The notes: generated by a model not told the origin, from the letters alone. A stretch of 64,000 nucleotides of DNA from Chloroflexi bacterium 54-19 (GCA_001898225.1 MKTJ01000034.1:13871-77870); one strand, 5' to 3'; positions 17,577 through 27,869 are shown, numbered from the stretch's first letter. Numbers and translations: made by a program.

Positions 17577-18323
17577 GTGGCGGGGTTGCTAGCCGAGGTA
17601 GCGCACCGGCCTTACCCGATATCAAAAGGGCCCTGGGTAATGCGCCAGGTCTGGAACGACCTGCTTTTCGCCCACTGGCCGGTGCCGCCCGAAGTCATGC
17701 GCCCTCTAATTCCGCCCCAGCTTGACCTCGATACCTTCGAGGGTTCCGCCTGGGTGGGCGTGGTGCCCTTCCACATGAGCGGGGTCCGTCTCCGGGCTTT
17801 CACCCCTGTTCCCTATACCCATGCTTTTTCCGAATTAAATGTCCGCACCTACGTCACCTTCGGGGGACGCCCGGGGGTCTACTTCTTTAGCCTGGACGCG
17901 GCCAGCCCTCCAGCGGTCTGGGCCGCGCGCAATTTCTTTCACCTGCCCTATTTCAACGCCCGGATGCCTTTCACGGTCGAGGGCGATACCGTGACCTATT
18001 CTTCCACCCGCACCCACCGCCATGCCCCACCTGCTCACCTGGAAGCGACCTACGGCCCGACCGCCCCGGTCTTTCAAGCTCAGCCCGGTAGCATCGAGGA
18101 CTGGCTGACCGCCCGGTACTGCCTCTATACCACGGATAAGCGCGAGAAAGTTTATCGCGGCGAAATCCACCATCGCCCCTGGCCGCTCCAACCGGCCCGG
18201 GCCATTTTCACCGAAAACAGCATGGCCGGGGCTGCCGGGATTAGCCTGCCCGACCAGGAACCACTTTTGTATTTCGCCAGACGCCTCGATGTCCTCATCT
18301 GGCCGCTCCAAACGGTGGGTTAA
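17577..18323 (+). CDS. DUF2071 (YqjF-like) family protein
   Basis: The pattern W.DLLFAHWPV.P..L..L.P..L.LD.F.G.AWV..VPF.M matches what I recall of DUF2071. GTG start lies 4 nt after the regulator stop. Confidence 0.6.
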   Translation: MAGLLAEVAHRPYPISKGPWVMRQVWNDLLFAHWPVPPEVMRPLIPPQLDLDTFEGSAWVGVVPFHMSGVRLRAFTPVPYTHAFSELNVRTYVTFGGRPGVYFFSLDAASPPAVWAARNFFHLPYFNARMPFTVEGDTVTYSSTRTHRHAPPAHLEATYGPTAPVFQAQPGSIEDWLTARYCLYTTDKREKVYRGEIHHRPWPLQPARAIFTENSMAGAAGISLPDQEPLLYFARRLDVLIWPLQTVG

Positions 18324-18538
18324 GTTTGGGAGTCAGGTTAATAAATCGGGGAACTTTAGCCTCCGGCAGGTTGAATTTCCATTGACAAAAGCAATTTGTT
18401 GATTCACTATAATGGTGGCGCTGATAATCCTGCCTTTAACTTATTTTTCTTATAAAAATTCCCTTCACGCAAACCCTAAACCTCACCCAGGGCGGTAACC
18501 TTTTCTAAAACAAACGAATATACCAGAAGGAGTCTGCA

Positions 18539-20533
18539 ATGCCTCGTGATATTCCCGTTGGTAACGGCAACCTTTTGTTAAATTTTGACTCTCGCTATAA
18601 CCTGCGCGATATTTATTACCCCTATGTCGGTCAGGAGAACCAGACTGTTGGAGACATATCCCACTTTGGTATCTGGTTAGAAGGCACGATGGCCTGGAGT
18701 GACTCCGATATTTGGGACCAGCGTAAGATGGTTTACGAGGCCGAAACCCTGGTTACCCAGGTCACACTCGCTTCTTCCCAACTTCAACTGAAGTTGATTT
18801 GCCGGGACGTAGTTGACCTGGCCCGCAACGTCTATATCAAAAAAATCGAACTCTACGATGAAAGCGGGCGCGAACGCGAGGTCCGGCTCTTTTTCCATTT
18901 CGACGCTCACCTGATGGGGAATAATGTCGGGGATAGCGCCTATTTCGAGCCGCGTTACCGCGCCATCATCCACTACAAAAATAAACGCTATTTCTGGTTG
19001 TGCGGCCAGTCAGGGAACCAGATTGGCCTGGACGAGTTTTCAATCGGGGTCAAGGAAGTCGGCGGTATGGAAGGCACCTGGCGCGACGCCGAGGACGGTC
19101 GTCTGGGGATGAACCCGGTGGCCCAGGGTTCGATTGATTCGACCGGGATGATAAAGGTCCAGTTGCCCGGTAACGCCGAGGCCTCGGCCTACTTCTGGCT
19201 GGGCGCAGGCGAAAACTTTGACGCCGTAAATGAAACCGCCGACTTGATGGCCCGCAATTCCCTGGAACGCTATATCTCGCGCACCCGCAATTACTGGCGG
19301 CTCTGGGTCAACAAGGTGGTGCTGGAACCGGACGGCTTGCCTGTACCCCTGGTAAACCTCTATAAAAACAGCCTGTTAATTTTGCGGACCCAGATTGACA
19401 ACCGGGGCGCGATTATCGCCGCGAACGACGCCGATATTATGCTCTTTGGCCGCGATACCTACAGCTACATGTGGCCGCGGGACGGGGCGCTGGTCGCCAA
19501 TGCCCTCATCCTGGCCGGGTATCCCGACCTGGCCGAGCGCTTCTTTAACTTTTGCACCGAGCATCTTTCAAAGGACGGTTACTTGCTCCACAAGTACAAC
19601 CCGGACGGCTCGATTGGTTCGAGCTGGCACGCCTGGACCACCTCCGATTACCAGTTGCAACTGCCGATTCAGGAGGATGAAACCGGGCTGGTCCTTTACG
19701 CCCTCTGGCAATATTATGAAAAATACCGCAACCTGGAATATGTCCAGAAAATCTACCGGCCCCTGGTCTTACAGGCGGCGGACTTCCTGGCCTCCTTCCG
19801 GGACGAGCGGACCAAACTGCCGCTCCCTTCGCACGATTTGTGGGAGGAGCGGCGGGGCATCCTGGCCTTTACGGTCGGGGCGGTCTGGGGCGGCCTGATG
19901 GCGGCGGCCAACTTTGCCGAGTTTTTCTCCGAGCCGGAACCAGCCCTCCGCTACCGCCAGGCCGCCACGGAAATCAAGCAGGCCGCTTACCAGTACCTGT
20001 GGGACCCCGAACGCAACCGCTTTAGCCGCATGATAAATTTCGACAAACGGCACAACCTTTTCCGCGACTCGACGATTGACAGTTCGCTTTACGGCCTGTT
20101 CCAGTTTGGCATGCTGTCACCCACCGACCCGCACGTGGTCGCCACGATGGAGGCGGTCGAAAGCCGGCTCTGGTGCAAGACCGAGGTCGGCGGGGTGGCC
20201 CGTTACGAGGACGATTACTATTACCAGATTAGCAACGACCTCCAAAACGTGCCCGGCAACCCCTGGTTTATCTGCACGCTGTGGCTGGCCCAGTGGTATA
20301 TCGCCAAGGCCAAAAGCCGGGAGGAGTTGGGCCGGGCCCGCGACCTGCTCAACTGGGTCTGCGACCACGCCCTGCCGAGTGGCAGTCTGGCCGAGCAGAT
20401 TCATCCTTACAGCAACGCGCCTCTGAGTGTCAGCCCGCTAACCTGGAGCCACGCCACCTATGTCACCTGTATCCAGGAATACCTGGCGAAGTACCGCGAA
20501 CTCGACCCATCTGGCCTGGGAGGCATGATATAG
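18539..20533 (+). CDS. Glycoside hydrolase family 15 (glucoamylase/glucodextranase-like)
   Basis: 664 aa. An N-terminal beta-sandwich precedes a C-terminal (alpha/alpha)6 region with YSYMWPRDGA, LWEER and EQ...G.......LTWSHA motifs typical of GH15. A strong AGGAG RBS is present. Confidence 0.85.
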   Translation: MPRDIPVGNGNLLLNFDSRYNLRDIYYPYVGQENQTVGDISHFGIWLEGTMAWSDSDIWDQRKMVYEAETLVTQVTLASSQLQLKLICRDVVDLARNVYIKKIELYDESGREREVRLFFHFDAHLMGNNVGDSAYFEPRYRAIIHYKNKRYFWLCGQSGNQIGLDEFSIGVKEVGGMEGTWRDAEDGRLGMNPVAQGSIDSTGMIKVQLPGNAEASAYFWLGAGENFDAVNETADLMARNSLERYISRTRNYWRLWVNKVVLEPDGLPVPLVNLYKNSLLILRTQIDNRGAIIAANDADIMLFGRDTYSYMWPRDGALVANALILAGYPDLAERFFNFCTEHLSKDGYLLHKYNPDGSIGSSWHAWTTSDYQLQLPIQEDETGLVLYALWQYYEKYRNLEYVQKIYRPLVLQAADFLASFRDERTKLPLPSHDLWEERRGILAFTVGAVWGGLMAAANFAEFFSEPEPALRYRQAATEIKQAAYQYLWDPERNRFSRMINFDKRHNLFRDSTIDSSLYGLFQFGMLSPTDPHVVATMEAVESRLWCKTEVGGVARYEDDYYYQISNDLQNVPGNPWFICTLWLAQWYIAKAKSREELGRARDLLNWVCDHALPSGSLAEQIHPYSNAPLSVSPLTWSHATYVTCIQEYLAKYRELDPSGLGGMI

Positions 20534-20587
20534 CCAGGGTCAGGGCTACAGGCGGCGCTATGTTATAATTTGGGTGATGAATAAATA

Positions 20588-20622
20588 GGGCGGGGTCGTC
20601 TGACCCTGCCCGGTCTTTTTTC
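20588..20622 (+). terminator. Rho-independent terminator after the GH15 gene
   Basis: A 10-bp stem GGGCGGGGTC/GACCCTGCCC (one G-U) has a 4-nt loop. A TTTTTT run follows 4 nt downstream. Confidence 0.6.
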
Positions 20623-20634
20623 GATTTGGAATCT

Positions 20635-21069
20635 ATGGTGGAAGACTGTATTTTTTGCAAGATTGTGGCGAAAGAAGCCCCGGCCAGTGTTCTCTTTGAA
20701 GACGACCGGGTCTTAGCTTTCATGGACATCCTGCCAATTAACCCCGGCCATTTGCTCGTTATTCCCAAAGAACACCTGCCCGAACTGGAAGATTTAGACG
20801 AAGAATTGGCCGGGTATCTTTTTAAAATTGCCCTGCGGTTGGAAAAAGCCCTGCGCCGGTCAGGATTGCCGGTCGAAGGCGTAAACCTGTTCCTGGCCGA
20901 TGGCGAGGTGGCCTTCCAGGAAGTCTTTCATACCCACCTGCATGTTATCCCCCGCCTGAAGGGAGATTCCTTCAAAATAACCGCCGCTTGGAGCGTTTCT
21001 CCTACCCGCGAAGAACTCGACCGGGTGGCCGGGCAGATTCGGGATGCGGTTAAACTTCTCCCAGGCTAA
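20635..21069 (+). CDS. HIT (histidine triad) family hydrolase
   Basis: It has CIFCKI at the N-terminus, NPGHLLVIP and the triad HTHLHVIP. The track start at 20626 is a TTG; the in-frame ATG at 20635 is more likely. Confidence 0.88.
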   Translation: MVEDCIFCKIVAKEAPASVLFEDDRVLAFMDILPINPGHLLVIPKEHLPELEDLDEELAGYLFKIALRLEKALRRSGLPVEGVNLFLADGEVAFQEVFHTHLHVIPRLKGDSFKITAAWSVSPTREELDRVAGQIRDAVKLLPG

Positions 21070-21131
21070 AACCCCTAAATGAGACTTGAAGACTGTCAGC
21101 CTTTGGTTAAGTTTTTCAAAACTAGAAGAAA

Positions 21132-21665
21132 TTAGCGGAAGGTGCGAAGAATTTTATCTTTTTCCAACAAGTTTAAATCCCCGGTGGTTGTGTCAATTGC
21201 TAAAGAATAGTCCGAGTCATTAACCGAGAAATTGGGAACATTAGTTATGGTAGCCATTGCCTGCGGGCAAACTATATCCCCGATTAAGCACCTGTAAACG
21301 TTGAAAGAGACAAAACATTCAATTGAGCAACCGGAAGAAACCACCAGAAGGAATTTAGTATCCTTATAAGTTACCGGATTTACTTTATAATAATTATCAA
21401 TCCCACCCAGTGTTGCCGTCACTAAGCTAACAAAAATAGTTAGAAACCAGACGAAAGTTGCCATTTTAAGTACTATGCCAGGCTGTGGTCTGGCAAGTTT
21501 TCTTTTTTGACGAGTCCAGAAGAAAATTATTAAACCTACCAGATTTACCAGGGTAAATGCCCAGCCTACCTCAGCTCTGATATTGACAAGCGGCCATATA
21601 AACCAGAACAGAAGGGGGATAACCAGGTAAATTAAGCTCAAGCCCAGCACAATTGCAGGTTTCAA
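21132..21665 (-). CDS. Low-GC orphan membrane protein (3 predicted TM segments plus a Cys-containing C-terminal domain)
   Basis: TTG start is preceded by AAGGAG at 8 nt. Hydrophobic N-terminal segments are present and I recognise no family. A counted 60-nt line (21301-21360) is ~37% G+C. Confidence 0.55.
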   Translation of the reverse strand: MKPAIVLGLSLIYLVIPLLFWFIWPLVNIRAEVGWAFTLVNLVGLIIFFWTRQKRKLARPQPGIVLKMATFVWFLTIFVSLVTATLGGIDNYYKVNPVTYKDTKFLLVVSSGCSIECFVSFNVYRCLIGDIVCPQAMATITNVPNFSVNDSDYSLAIDTTTGDLNLLEKDKILRTFR

Positions 21666-21680
21666 AATATTTACTCCTTA

Positions 21681-21749
21681 CAAAAAATCCTTATTCTCTT
21701 AAAGAGTGTAACCCTGGTAAAAGTTGCACTTAAGAAAATAAGGATTTTT
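21681..21749 (-). terminator. Long-stem terminator after ftsK
   Basis: A 20-bp inverted repeat AAAAATCCTTATT(C/T)TCTTAA (21683-21702 and 21730-21749, one mismatch) has a 27-nt loop. A T-run follows on the minus strand, and the structure sits between the ftsK stop and the next gene's RBS. Confidence 0.6.
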
Positions 21750-21774
21750 AGCGTTCGAGATTTGAATTCCTGGC

Positions 21775-24700
21775 CTAAATCGGCGGGTCGGCGTCGAAAT
21801 AGCCCTGGGCCGGACGCGACCGGGTAGGCGCTGGCTCCGGCGTAGCCGGTTCGACTTTGCGCAAGACCGGCGGCGGCACGTTTGGCACCCTGGGTTGTGG
21901 TTGGGCCTGCCCGCCGTTATTCTGGGACGGCAGGTTTGGCAAGGTCGGCAGAGGCGCGGGTTGGGCGTAGACCGGGTTGGTTGGCGGCGGCGTTTGCGCC
22001 TGGGCCGGGCCGGGGTTCGGGTTGTAAACGGGCGCAGGCGTAATTTCGACCGGGGCCGGTACGAAGTCGTTGGCGGCGGCCAGGAGCGAGGCCGGACCGT
22101 TCAGGTCTTCTTCCGCAATCAGGACCGGGCGCGGTTTGCTCCCGTCGGCCTGCCCGATGATACCGGCCTGGGCCAGTTCTTCGATTAAACGAGCCGCCCG
22201 GTTGTAGCCAACCCTGAGCTTGCGCTGTAAGAGCGAGGTCGAGGCGCTGCGGGCCTCGCGGACCACTTGCAGGGCTTCCTCGAAAAGCTCGTCGGTATCG
22301 TCAGCCTGGCTTTCGGCCTCAATTTCCTGCAAATCTTTCGGCCACATCTGGGTCTGGTTGAAGTCCTTTTTATCCCCTTTCAGGAAATCGGTTTGCTGCC
22401 GCCAGTGCTGCACCAGCGAGTCAATTTCCTCGTCACTGACATAGACGCCCTGGACCCGGATAGGTTTGGAGGCGTCCGCGCTGAGATAGAGCATGTCGCC
22501 CCGGCCCAGCAGTTTTTCGGCCCCGGCCATATCGAGGATAACCCGGCTGTCAATCTGGCTGGTTACGGCGAAGGTAATCCGGCTGGGGAAGTTCGCTTTG
22601 ATGAGGCCGGTCACCACGTCCACCGAAGGGCGCTGGGTCGCCAGGATAAGGTGTATCCCGACGGCGCGGGCTTTCTGGGCCAGGCGGCAAATCGCGGCCT
22701 CGGCTTCTTCCGGCGCGACCATCATCAGGTCGGCCAACTCGTCCACAATCAGCACCAGGTACGAGAGTTTTTCCAGGTCGTTATTGACCCCGGCGGCTTT
22801 GTTCCAGCTTTCGATGTTGCGGTGGCCGTAGAGGGACAACTGCTTGTAGCGCCGCTCCATTTCGCGGATAGACCACTTCAAGACGCTCATCACGGTCGGG
22901 GTGCGGTCGCTGCTCTTGCGTTCTTTCTCAGGGTCGGCCTCAATCTGGGTCACGACCGGGAAGCGCAGGTGCGGGATACCGTTGTAGGTGCTGAGTTCGA
23001 CCATCTTGGGGTCAACCATGATGAACTGCAACTCACTGGGGCGGTATTGCAAGAGGTAGGAGGCCACAATCGCGTTGAGACAGACGCTCTTACCGGACCC
23101 GGTGCTGCCCGCAATTAAAAGGTGCGGCATCTTGGCGAGGTCGGCCACCATCGGTTGCCCGGCTACGTCCCGGCCCAGGCCAAACTTGAGACGACCGGGT
23201 TTCTTGCCGTATTCCTCTGACTCCATAATCTCGCGCAGCCCGACCGTCGCAATTTTGGTGTTTGGTACCTCGATGCCGACGCGGGATTGGCCGGGGACCG
23301 GGGCCTCGATCCGGATAGCCGGGGCTGCCAGCGCCAGGGCCATGTCGTTCGCCAGGGCGGTAATCCGGGCTACCTTCACGCCAATCCCCGGTTCCAGGGC
23401 GAACTGGGTCACGGTCGGGCCGGTGTTGACCTCGCGCACGTAGGCTTCCACCCCGAAACTGGACAGGGTATTTTCAATCAGGCGCGCTTTTTTGCGCAAC
23501 TCCTGCGGGTTTACCTCGACATCCGAGAAACTCGCCAGGATATTTATGCTAGGAATGGACCATTCGCGGTGCGGCAGGTCGGGCGGGTTGGCGGTGCCGT
23601 CGTCACGCTGCCAGTTTTGCTGCAAAGGTTTGGCCGCTTTTTCACCCGCAACCGCCGGGACCGGCAATATAGTTCCTTCAAGGGGTGTCGCGGTCAAGGG
23701 CGCGGGAGCCAGCGCGCCGCCTTTAGGCTCGACCAGGGGAGCCAGCGGCACCGGGTCGGCGGCATCTTCTTCGGTAAAGCTGAAAGAGTGGGTAAAGGTC
23801 TTTTCCGCTTCGAGGGGTCCGGCAGCTTTGCGGCCCCGGCTGTTCTGCCCGTTCAGGAGCAGGTCGTCCAGGAAATCGTCGTCCGACTGGTGGGCGGCCA
23901 GTTTGCCGCGTTTGCCCGGTTTCGGGTTGTAGTCAAAGTTATCCAGGTCGTCAAAGTCGTCGAAATCGCCATCGAGCGGCTCCCCGGCTACCAGCGGGGC
24001 CTGACCGCGGGCCCAGCGCACGGTATTGCGCAGGTGGAGCCCCATATCTTTGAGCGACATCTGCAAAAGCAGCATCAGACCGACCAGGAAGAAAGCCAGC
24101 CACATCACGCCGACCCCAAAGCCGGTGATAATGCTGCTCAGGAATTCGTTGATATAGTAGGCGAAGTAGCCGCCCCCGCCGCCATCATCGGCCAGCGACT
24201 TGGGGTTCCCGGCTGCCAGGTGGGTCAATGAGACAAAGCTCACTACCATGAAGATAAGGCCGGTGATGCGGGTCTGGTTGAAGCGTTCGCGGTTGGTCAA
24301 CCCTTCCCAGATGTAGGTGCCGCCCATAATTATGACCAGCGGCGGAACGATAAAAGCGCCCAGGCCAATCAACTTTTTGAGGTTTTTACCGATTTCGGCC
24401 ACGACCCCCTGGTCGGCCATCAGGCCAAAGAGCAAAATCAGGCCCAGGACAATCAGGACAATCCCGGTAATTTCGTGGCGGACGCCATCGGAAAGAGGCG
24501 GTACATGGTCGGTTTCGTGAAAGCTTGGCGGAGCCGACTGGCGCGAACGGCTGGCGCGACCTTCCCCGGACGCGGGACTGCTCGAACGGCGCGGCGAAGC
24601 GCTACCACCTTTGGGGCCGGGCGTGGTGGAAGAAGGGCGGCGGCCCGTGGTGCTGCTTTTGATAATAATTTCAGGTTCGGAATCTTTTGCTTTATCCCGG

Positions 24701-24921
24701 TCCTTGTCCTTGCCGGTTTTCTTTTCGGCGGGAGGGTCCAGGGTCAGGGTATCGGCGGCCTTTTTGGCGGCGGCGTTCTTGCGCGGTTTCGAGTTGCGCG
24801 ATTTGATAACGATATTATCCTGTTCCGGGACAAGCGTACGAAAAGTAGTGGTAAGGGGTTGGGATTTTTCGGCAGGTTGGTTGGCCGGTTCTTGTTGAGG
24901 AACTGCTTTTCTGGTAGGCAT
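21775..24921 (-). CDS. ftsK: DNA translocase FtsK/SpoIIIE
   Basis: 1048 aa. A low-complexity N-terminus and 4 TM segments are followed by a long acidic/Pro linker. The motor domain has PHLLIAGSTGSGKSV and LVLIVDELADLMM, and a C-terminal gamma-like winged helix is present (LLQRKLRVGYNRAARLIEEL). Confidence 0.93.
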   Translation of the reverse strand: MPTRKAVPQQEPANQPAEKSQPLTTTFRTLVPEQDNIVIKSRNSKPRKNAAAKKAADTLTLDPPAEKKTGKDKDRDKAKDSEPEIIIKSSTTGRRPSSTTPGPKGGSASPRRSSSPASGEGRASRSRQSAPPSFHETDHVPPLSDGVRHEITGIVLIVLGLILLFGLMADQGVVAEIGKNLKKLIGLGAFIVPPLVIIMGGTYIWEGLTNRERFNQTRITGLIFMVVSFVSLTHLAAGNPKSLADDGGGGGYFAYYINEFLSSIITGFGVGVMWLAFFLVGLMLLLQMSLKDMGLHLRNTVRWARGQAPLVAGEPLDGDFDDFDDLDNFDYNPKPGKRGKLAAHQSDDDFLDDLLLNGQNSRGRKAAGPLEAEKTFTHSFSFTEEDAADPVPLAPLVEPKGGALAPAPLTATPLEGTILPVPAVAGEKAAKPLQQNWQRDDGTANPPDLPHREWSIPSINILASFSDVEVNPQELRKKARLIENTLSSFGVEAYVREVNTGPTVTQFALEPGIGVKVARITALANDMALALAAPAIRIEAPVPGQSRVGIEVPNTKIATVGLREIMESEEYGKKPGRLKFGLGRDVAGQPMVADLAKMPHLLIAGSTGSGKSVCLNAIVASYLLQYRPSELQFIMVDPKMVELSTYNGIPHLRFPVVTQIEADPEKERKSSDRTPTVMSVLKWSIREMERRYKQLSLYGHRNIESWNKAAGVNNDLEKLSYLVLIVDELADLMMVAPEEAEAAICRLAQKARAVGIHLILATQRPSVDVVTGLIKANFPSRITFAVTSQIDSRVILDMAGAEKLLGRGDMLYLSADASKPIRVQGVYVSDEEIDSLVQHWRQQTDFLKGDKKDFNQTQMWPKDLQEIEAESQADDTDELFEEALQVVREARSASTSLLQRKLRVGYNRAARLIEELAQAGIIGQADGSKPRPVLIAEEDLNGPASLLAAANDFVPAPVEITPAPVYNPNPGPAQAQTPPPTNPVYAQPAPLPTLPNLPSQNNGGQAQPQPRVPNVPPPVLRKVEPATPEPAPTRSRPAQGYFDADPPI

Positions 24922-25102
24922 GGTGTCGGGTCCGCCTTTTCGATATTAAGCTATCAAACTAAGCTTTTATGCAAAGCCCTTAAAATTGCCAGCCGCAAAC
25001 TGGCCCAACTATACCTACCATACTAGCACTTGCGTTCTTGGGCGTCAAGATACACATTAGAGCCGACCTATTCACAAAGCCGGATATTGGTGGAAAACTT
25101 GC

Positions 25103-26374
25103 TTATTTTAAGGCTAATTCCGGCTCCGGTCCGGCGACAACTTTTTCGGGATGGGCCTGGGCCACCGGGGTAAACAGACCGATGAGGGCCACCGAGGCCG
25201 TGAAAATGCCGATACCCACGATTACCGGGACGCTCCCGGTCTTTTCCGCGATGGCGGTCGCGATAGCCGCCCCGACCGGACCAGGGAACGACTGCAAAGT
25301 CCAGAAGATTGCCGTCACCCGGCCCAGCATGTGGTTCGGGGTGATGGTCTGGCGCAGGCTCATCGAGACGGGACCGTGAACGCCCTGGGAATAGGTAAAG
25401 AAAATCCCCATCAGGCAGATTATGAAGAAGGTGGGCGCAAGACCGAGCATGGCCGTCGAAAGTCCTCCAAACCCGATTCCGCCCAGGAAACACGCCCCAA
25501 AACCAAGATGCTCGCGCAGCCACGACACCGTAATCCCACCCGCCACAAAACCGATACTGCTAAACCCCAGCATGATACCGACCGCGTTGTCGTCGAGTTG
25601 CCAGTCATGTTTGAGGTGAAAGATAAAAAGGTCCAGGCTGGCTGTATTTACCAGCGAGAAGAAGCCGAGAATAATCGTCACGGTCCGCAAGACCGGCTGG
25701 TTCCAGAGGAATTTAAGGCCGGAGAGCCACTCTTGCAATAAATTTTTAGGTTCGCTCAGTTCGATGTGTTCGCTTGCCACCGGGCGGAACCGCACCAGCA
25801 CCAGCGATACCGCCGAGAATCCAAACGACAGCGCATTGATACCGACCGTAGTGGCGGGACCAAACTGGGCCGAGGCGAACCCGGCCAGCATCGGCCCGGC
25901 CACGAAGGCAAAGCCAAAAGAGGTTTGAAGCCGCCCGTGAGCCTCGGTTAGCTGCTCTTTGTTGACGAGGTGGGTTATCGCTGTGATGTAGCTGACCGAG
26001 AAAAATGAGCCGAGCGAGGCGCTGACCGCCGTCACCACATAGATGAGCCAGATTTGCGGCCCCATCAGCCACCAGGCCAGCGGTATCAACCCGTTTACAA
26101 GTAACCGGCCCAGGTCGCACCAGATCATCAGCAGGCGGCGATCCACCCGGTCTACCACCACACCGGAAATCAGATTTGTCACCAGGTTGCTGATACCAAA
26201 GGTGCCGGTGACGAGGCCCATCTGGGCGACCGACCCGGTGGCCTGTAAGACCAGCAGGGGGAGGGCAATCATCGCGAACGAATCACCCAGGTTTGAAAAA
26301 GTCTGGCCCGACCAGAAGATGTTAAAGTTGCGGTTGCGCCAGAGGTTAGAAGGCAATAAAGGATAATTTTGCAT
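25103..26374 (-). CDS. MFS transporter (EntS/MFS_3-like)
   Basis: 423 aa with ~12 TM segments. The N-terminus LWRNRNFNIFWSGQTFSNLGD is typical of this subfamily. Confidence 0.8.
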   Translation of the reverse strand: MQNYPLLPSNLWRNRNFNIFWSGQTFSNLGDSFAMIALPLLVLQATGSVAQMGLVTGTFGISNLVTNLISGVVVDRVDRRLLMIWCDLGRLLVNGLIPLAWWLMGPQIWLIYVVTAVSASLGSFFSVSYITAITHLVNKEQLTEAHGRLQTSFGFAFVAGPMLAGFASAQFGPATTVGINALSFGFSAVSLVLVRFRPVASEHIELSEPKNLLQEWLSGLKFLWNQPVLRTVTIILGFFSLVNTASLDLFIFHLKHDWQLDDNAVGIMLGFSSIGFVAGGITVSWLREHLGFGACFLGGIGFGGLSTAMLGLAPTFFIICLMGIFFTYSQGVHGPVSMSLRQTITPNHMLGRVTAIFWTLQSFPGPVGAAIATAIAEKTGSVPVIVGIGIFTASVALIGLFTPVAQAHPEKVVAGPEPELALK

Positions 26375-26438
26375 TAGAATTAACCTGCACCGTTGCCGGT
26401 ATTAACCCGCCAGGGTTGTATGTGATGTATGCCGATAA

Positions 26439-27869
26439 TTAATTCCCGAAACTCAGGTCGGGATGCCGGTCCGCCCAGGGCTGGACCTTTTCAAAGGCTG
26501 CCGCCGCCCGGAGCAAATTCGCCTCGGCCAGTCGCCTCCCCACAATCTGGATACCCACCGGCAACCCGCTTTTGGAAAAGCCGCAGGGAATTACCAGGGA
26601 AGGGAGACCAGTCAGGGTGATAGCGTAGGTCAGGCCGAGCCATTCAACGTAATTTTCCATCTTGCGCCCGCCGACTTCGGGTGGGCTGATGGTTTCCACC
26701 GGGAAAGGTAGCGTTCCCGCCGCCGGGACCAATAGCAAGTCGTAATTCTCGAAGAAACGCCGGACCCTGTCCCAGAGCTTACCCCTGGCTATCTCGGCCC
26801 GACCAACCTCGACCCCGCTCAGGGTCAGGCCGTACTCGGTGTTCCAGACCAGGTTGGGCTGCATTTTGTCGCGCCATTGGGGCAGGAAGTCGCCGTAGGT
26901 GGCGGCCATGCGTACACCCCGTAAGACCTGGAAAATCTGGGGCGCGTCCGAGAAGTCAGGCGCGGCTTCCTCGACTTTGCAGCCAAGTTCGTTAGCAAAG
27001 ACCTGGGCCGCTTGCTGGCAAATCTCGACCACCTCCGAATCTACAGGGGCAAAACCGAGGTCGGGACTCCAGGATACTTTCCAGCCGGAAATATCGGCTT
27101 GCTCGACAGCCGCAAGATACTCCACCGGGTGGCCCGGCTCGGAAATAGGGGCGCTGTGGTCCGGCCCGGCGATAACCGAAAGGAGCAAAGCGGTATCCCG
27201 CACATCGCGGGCCATCGGGCCGCTGGCTGAGAGGTTATCCCAGGGTAGATTGGTCGGGTATTCGGGCACGAGTCCCCAGGAAGGCCGGAAGCCGAGCACG
27301 TTGCAAAAACTGGCCGGGGTACGTAACGAACCGCCCAGGTCGGTGCCGGTTGCCAGGGGCGCCAGACCCGCCGCCAGGGCGACCGCGCTCCCGCCACTCG
27401 ACCCGGCAGGGGTCAACCGGGTATCCCAGGGGTTGCGAGTAATGCCGAAAAGGGTATTATGCGTCTGCGCCCCGGCCCCGAACTCCGGCGTATTGGTCTT
27501 GCCAAGCACGATGGCCCCCGCCGCTTTCAGGTGGGCTACAATTGCGGCGTCTTCTCCCGGCATGTTGTCGGCGTAAATGTGGGAGCCGTAGGTGGTGCGA
27601 ATCCCGGCGGTCGGCGTCAAATCCTTTATCGCGACCGGCACACCGTGCAGCGGACCGACATGGTGGCCGTGCAGGACTTCGCTTTCGGCCTGTTTGGCGG
27701 CGGCCAGGGCCATTTCGCTCGCCACAGTTACGTAGGCCAGCAGGTGCGGGTTGAGCCGTCCAATCCGGTTGAGAAAATATTCGACCACCTCTACCGGGGA
27801 GATTTGGCCCTGCCGGATGAGCCCAGCCAGTTCCGCCGCCGGGGTAAACGCTAAATCTGACTTTTCCAT
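26439..27869 (-). CDS. Amidase-signature family amidase (GatA-like)
   Basis: 476 aa with the amidase signature GGSSGGSAVALAAGL..LATGTDLGGSLR and an upstream KD..... motif. Confidence 0.88.
   Translation of the reverse strand: MEKSDLAFTPAAELAGLIRQGQISPVEVVEYFLNRIGRLNPHLLAYVTVASEMALAAAKQAESEVLHGHHVGPLHGVPVAIKDLTPTAGIRTTYGSHIYADNMPGEDAAIVAHLKAAGAIVLGKTNTPEFGAGAQTHNTLFGITRNPWDTRLTPAGSSGGSAVALAAGLAPLATGTDLGGSLRTPASFCNVLGFRPSWGLVPEYPTNLPWDNLSASGPMARDVRDTALLLSVIAGPDHSAPISEPGHPVEYLAAVEQADISGWKVSWSPDLGFAPVDSEVVEICQQAAQVFANELGCKVEEAAPDFSDAPQIFQVLRGVRMAATYGDFLPQWRDKMQPNLVWNTEYGLTLSGVEVGRAEIARGKLWDRVRRFFENYDLLLVPAAGTLPFPVETISPPEVGGRKMENYVEWLGLTYAITLTGLPSLVIPCGFSKSGLPVGIQIVGRRLAEANLLRAAAAFEKVQPWADRHPDLSFGN

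Noticed and set aside
22267-24231. 283-aa and 314-aa ORFs on the + strand inside ftsK. Similar cases occur inside polA (29807-30733), the FtsX permease (56778-57707), the alpha/beta hydrolase (37580-38368) and elsewhere.
   Set aside because: They are antisense to genes with unambiguous motifs, have no RBS or recognisable domains, and show compositional artefact sequences.
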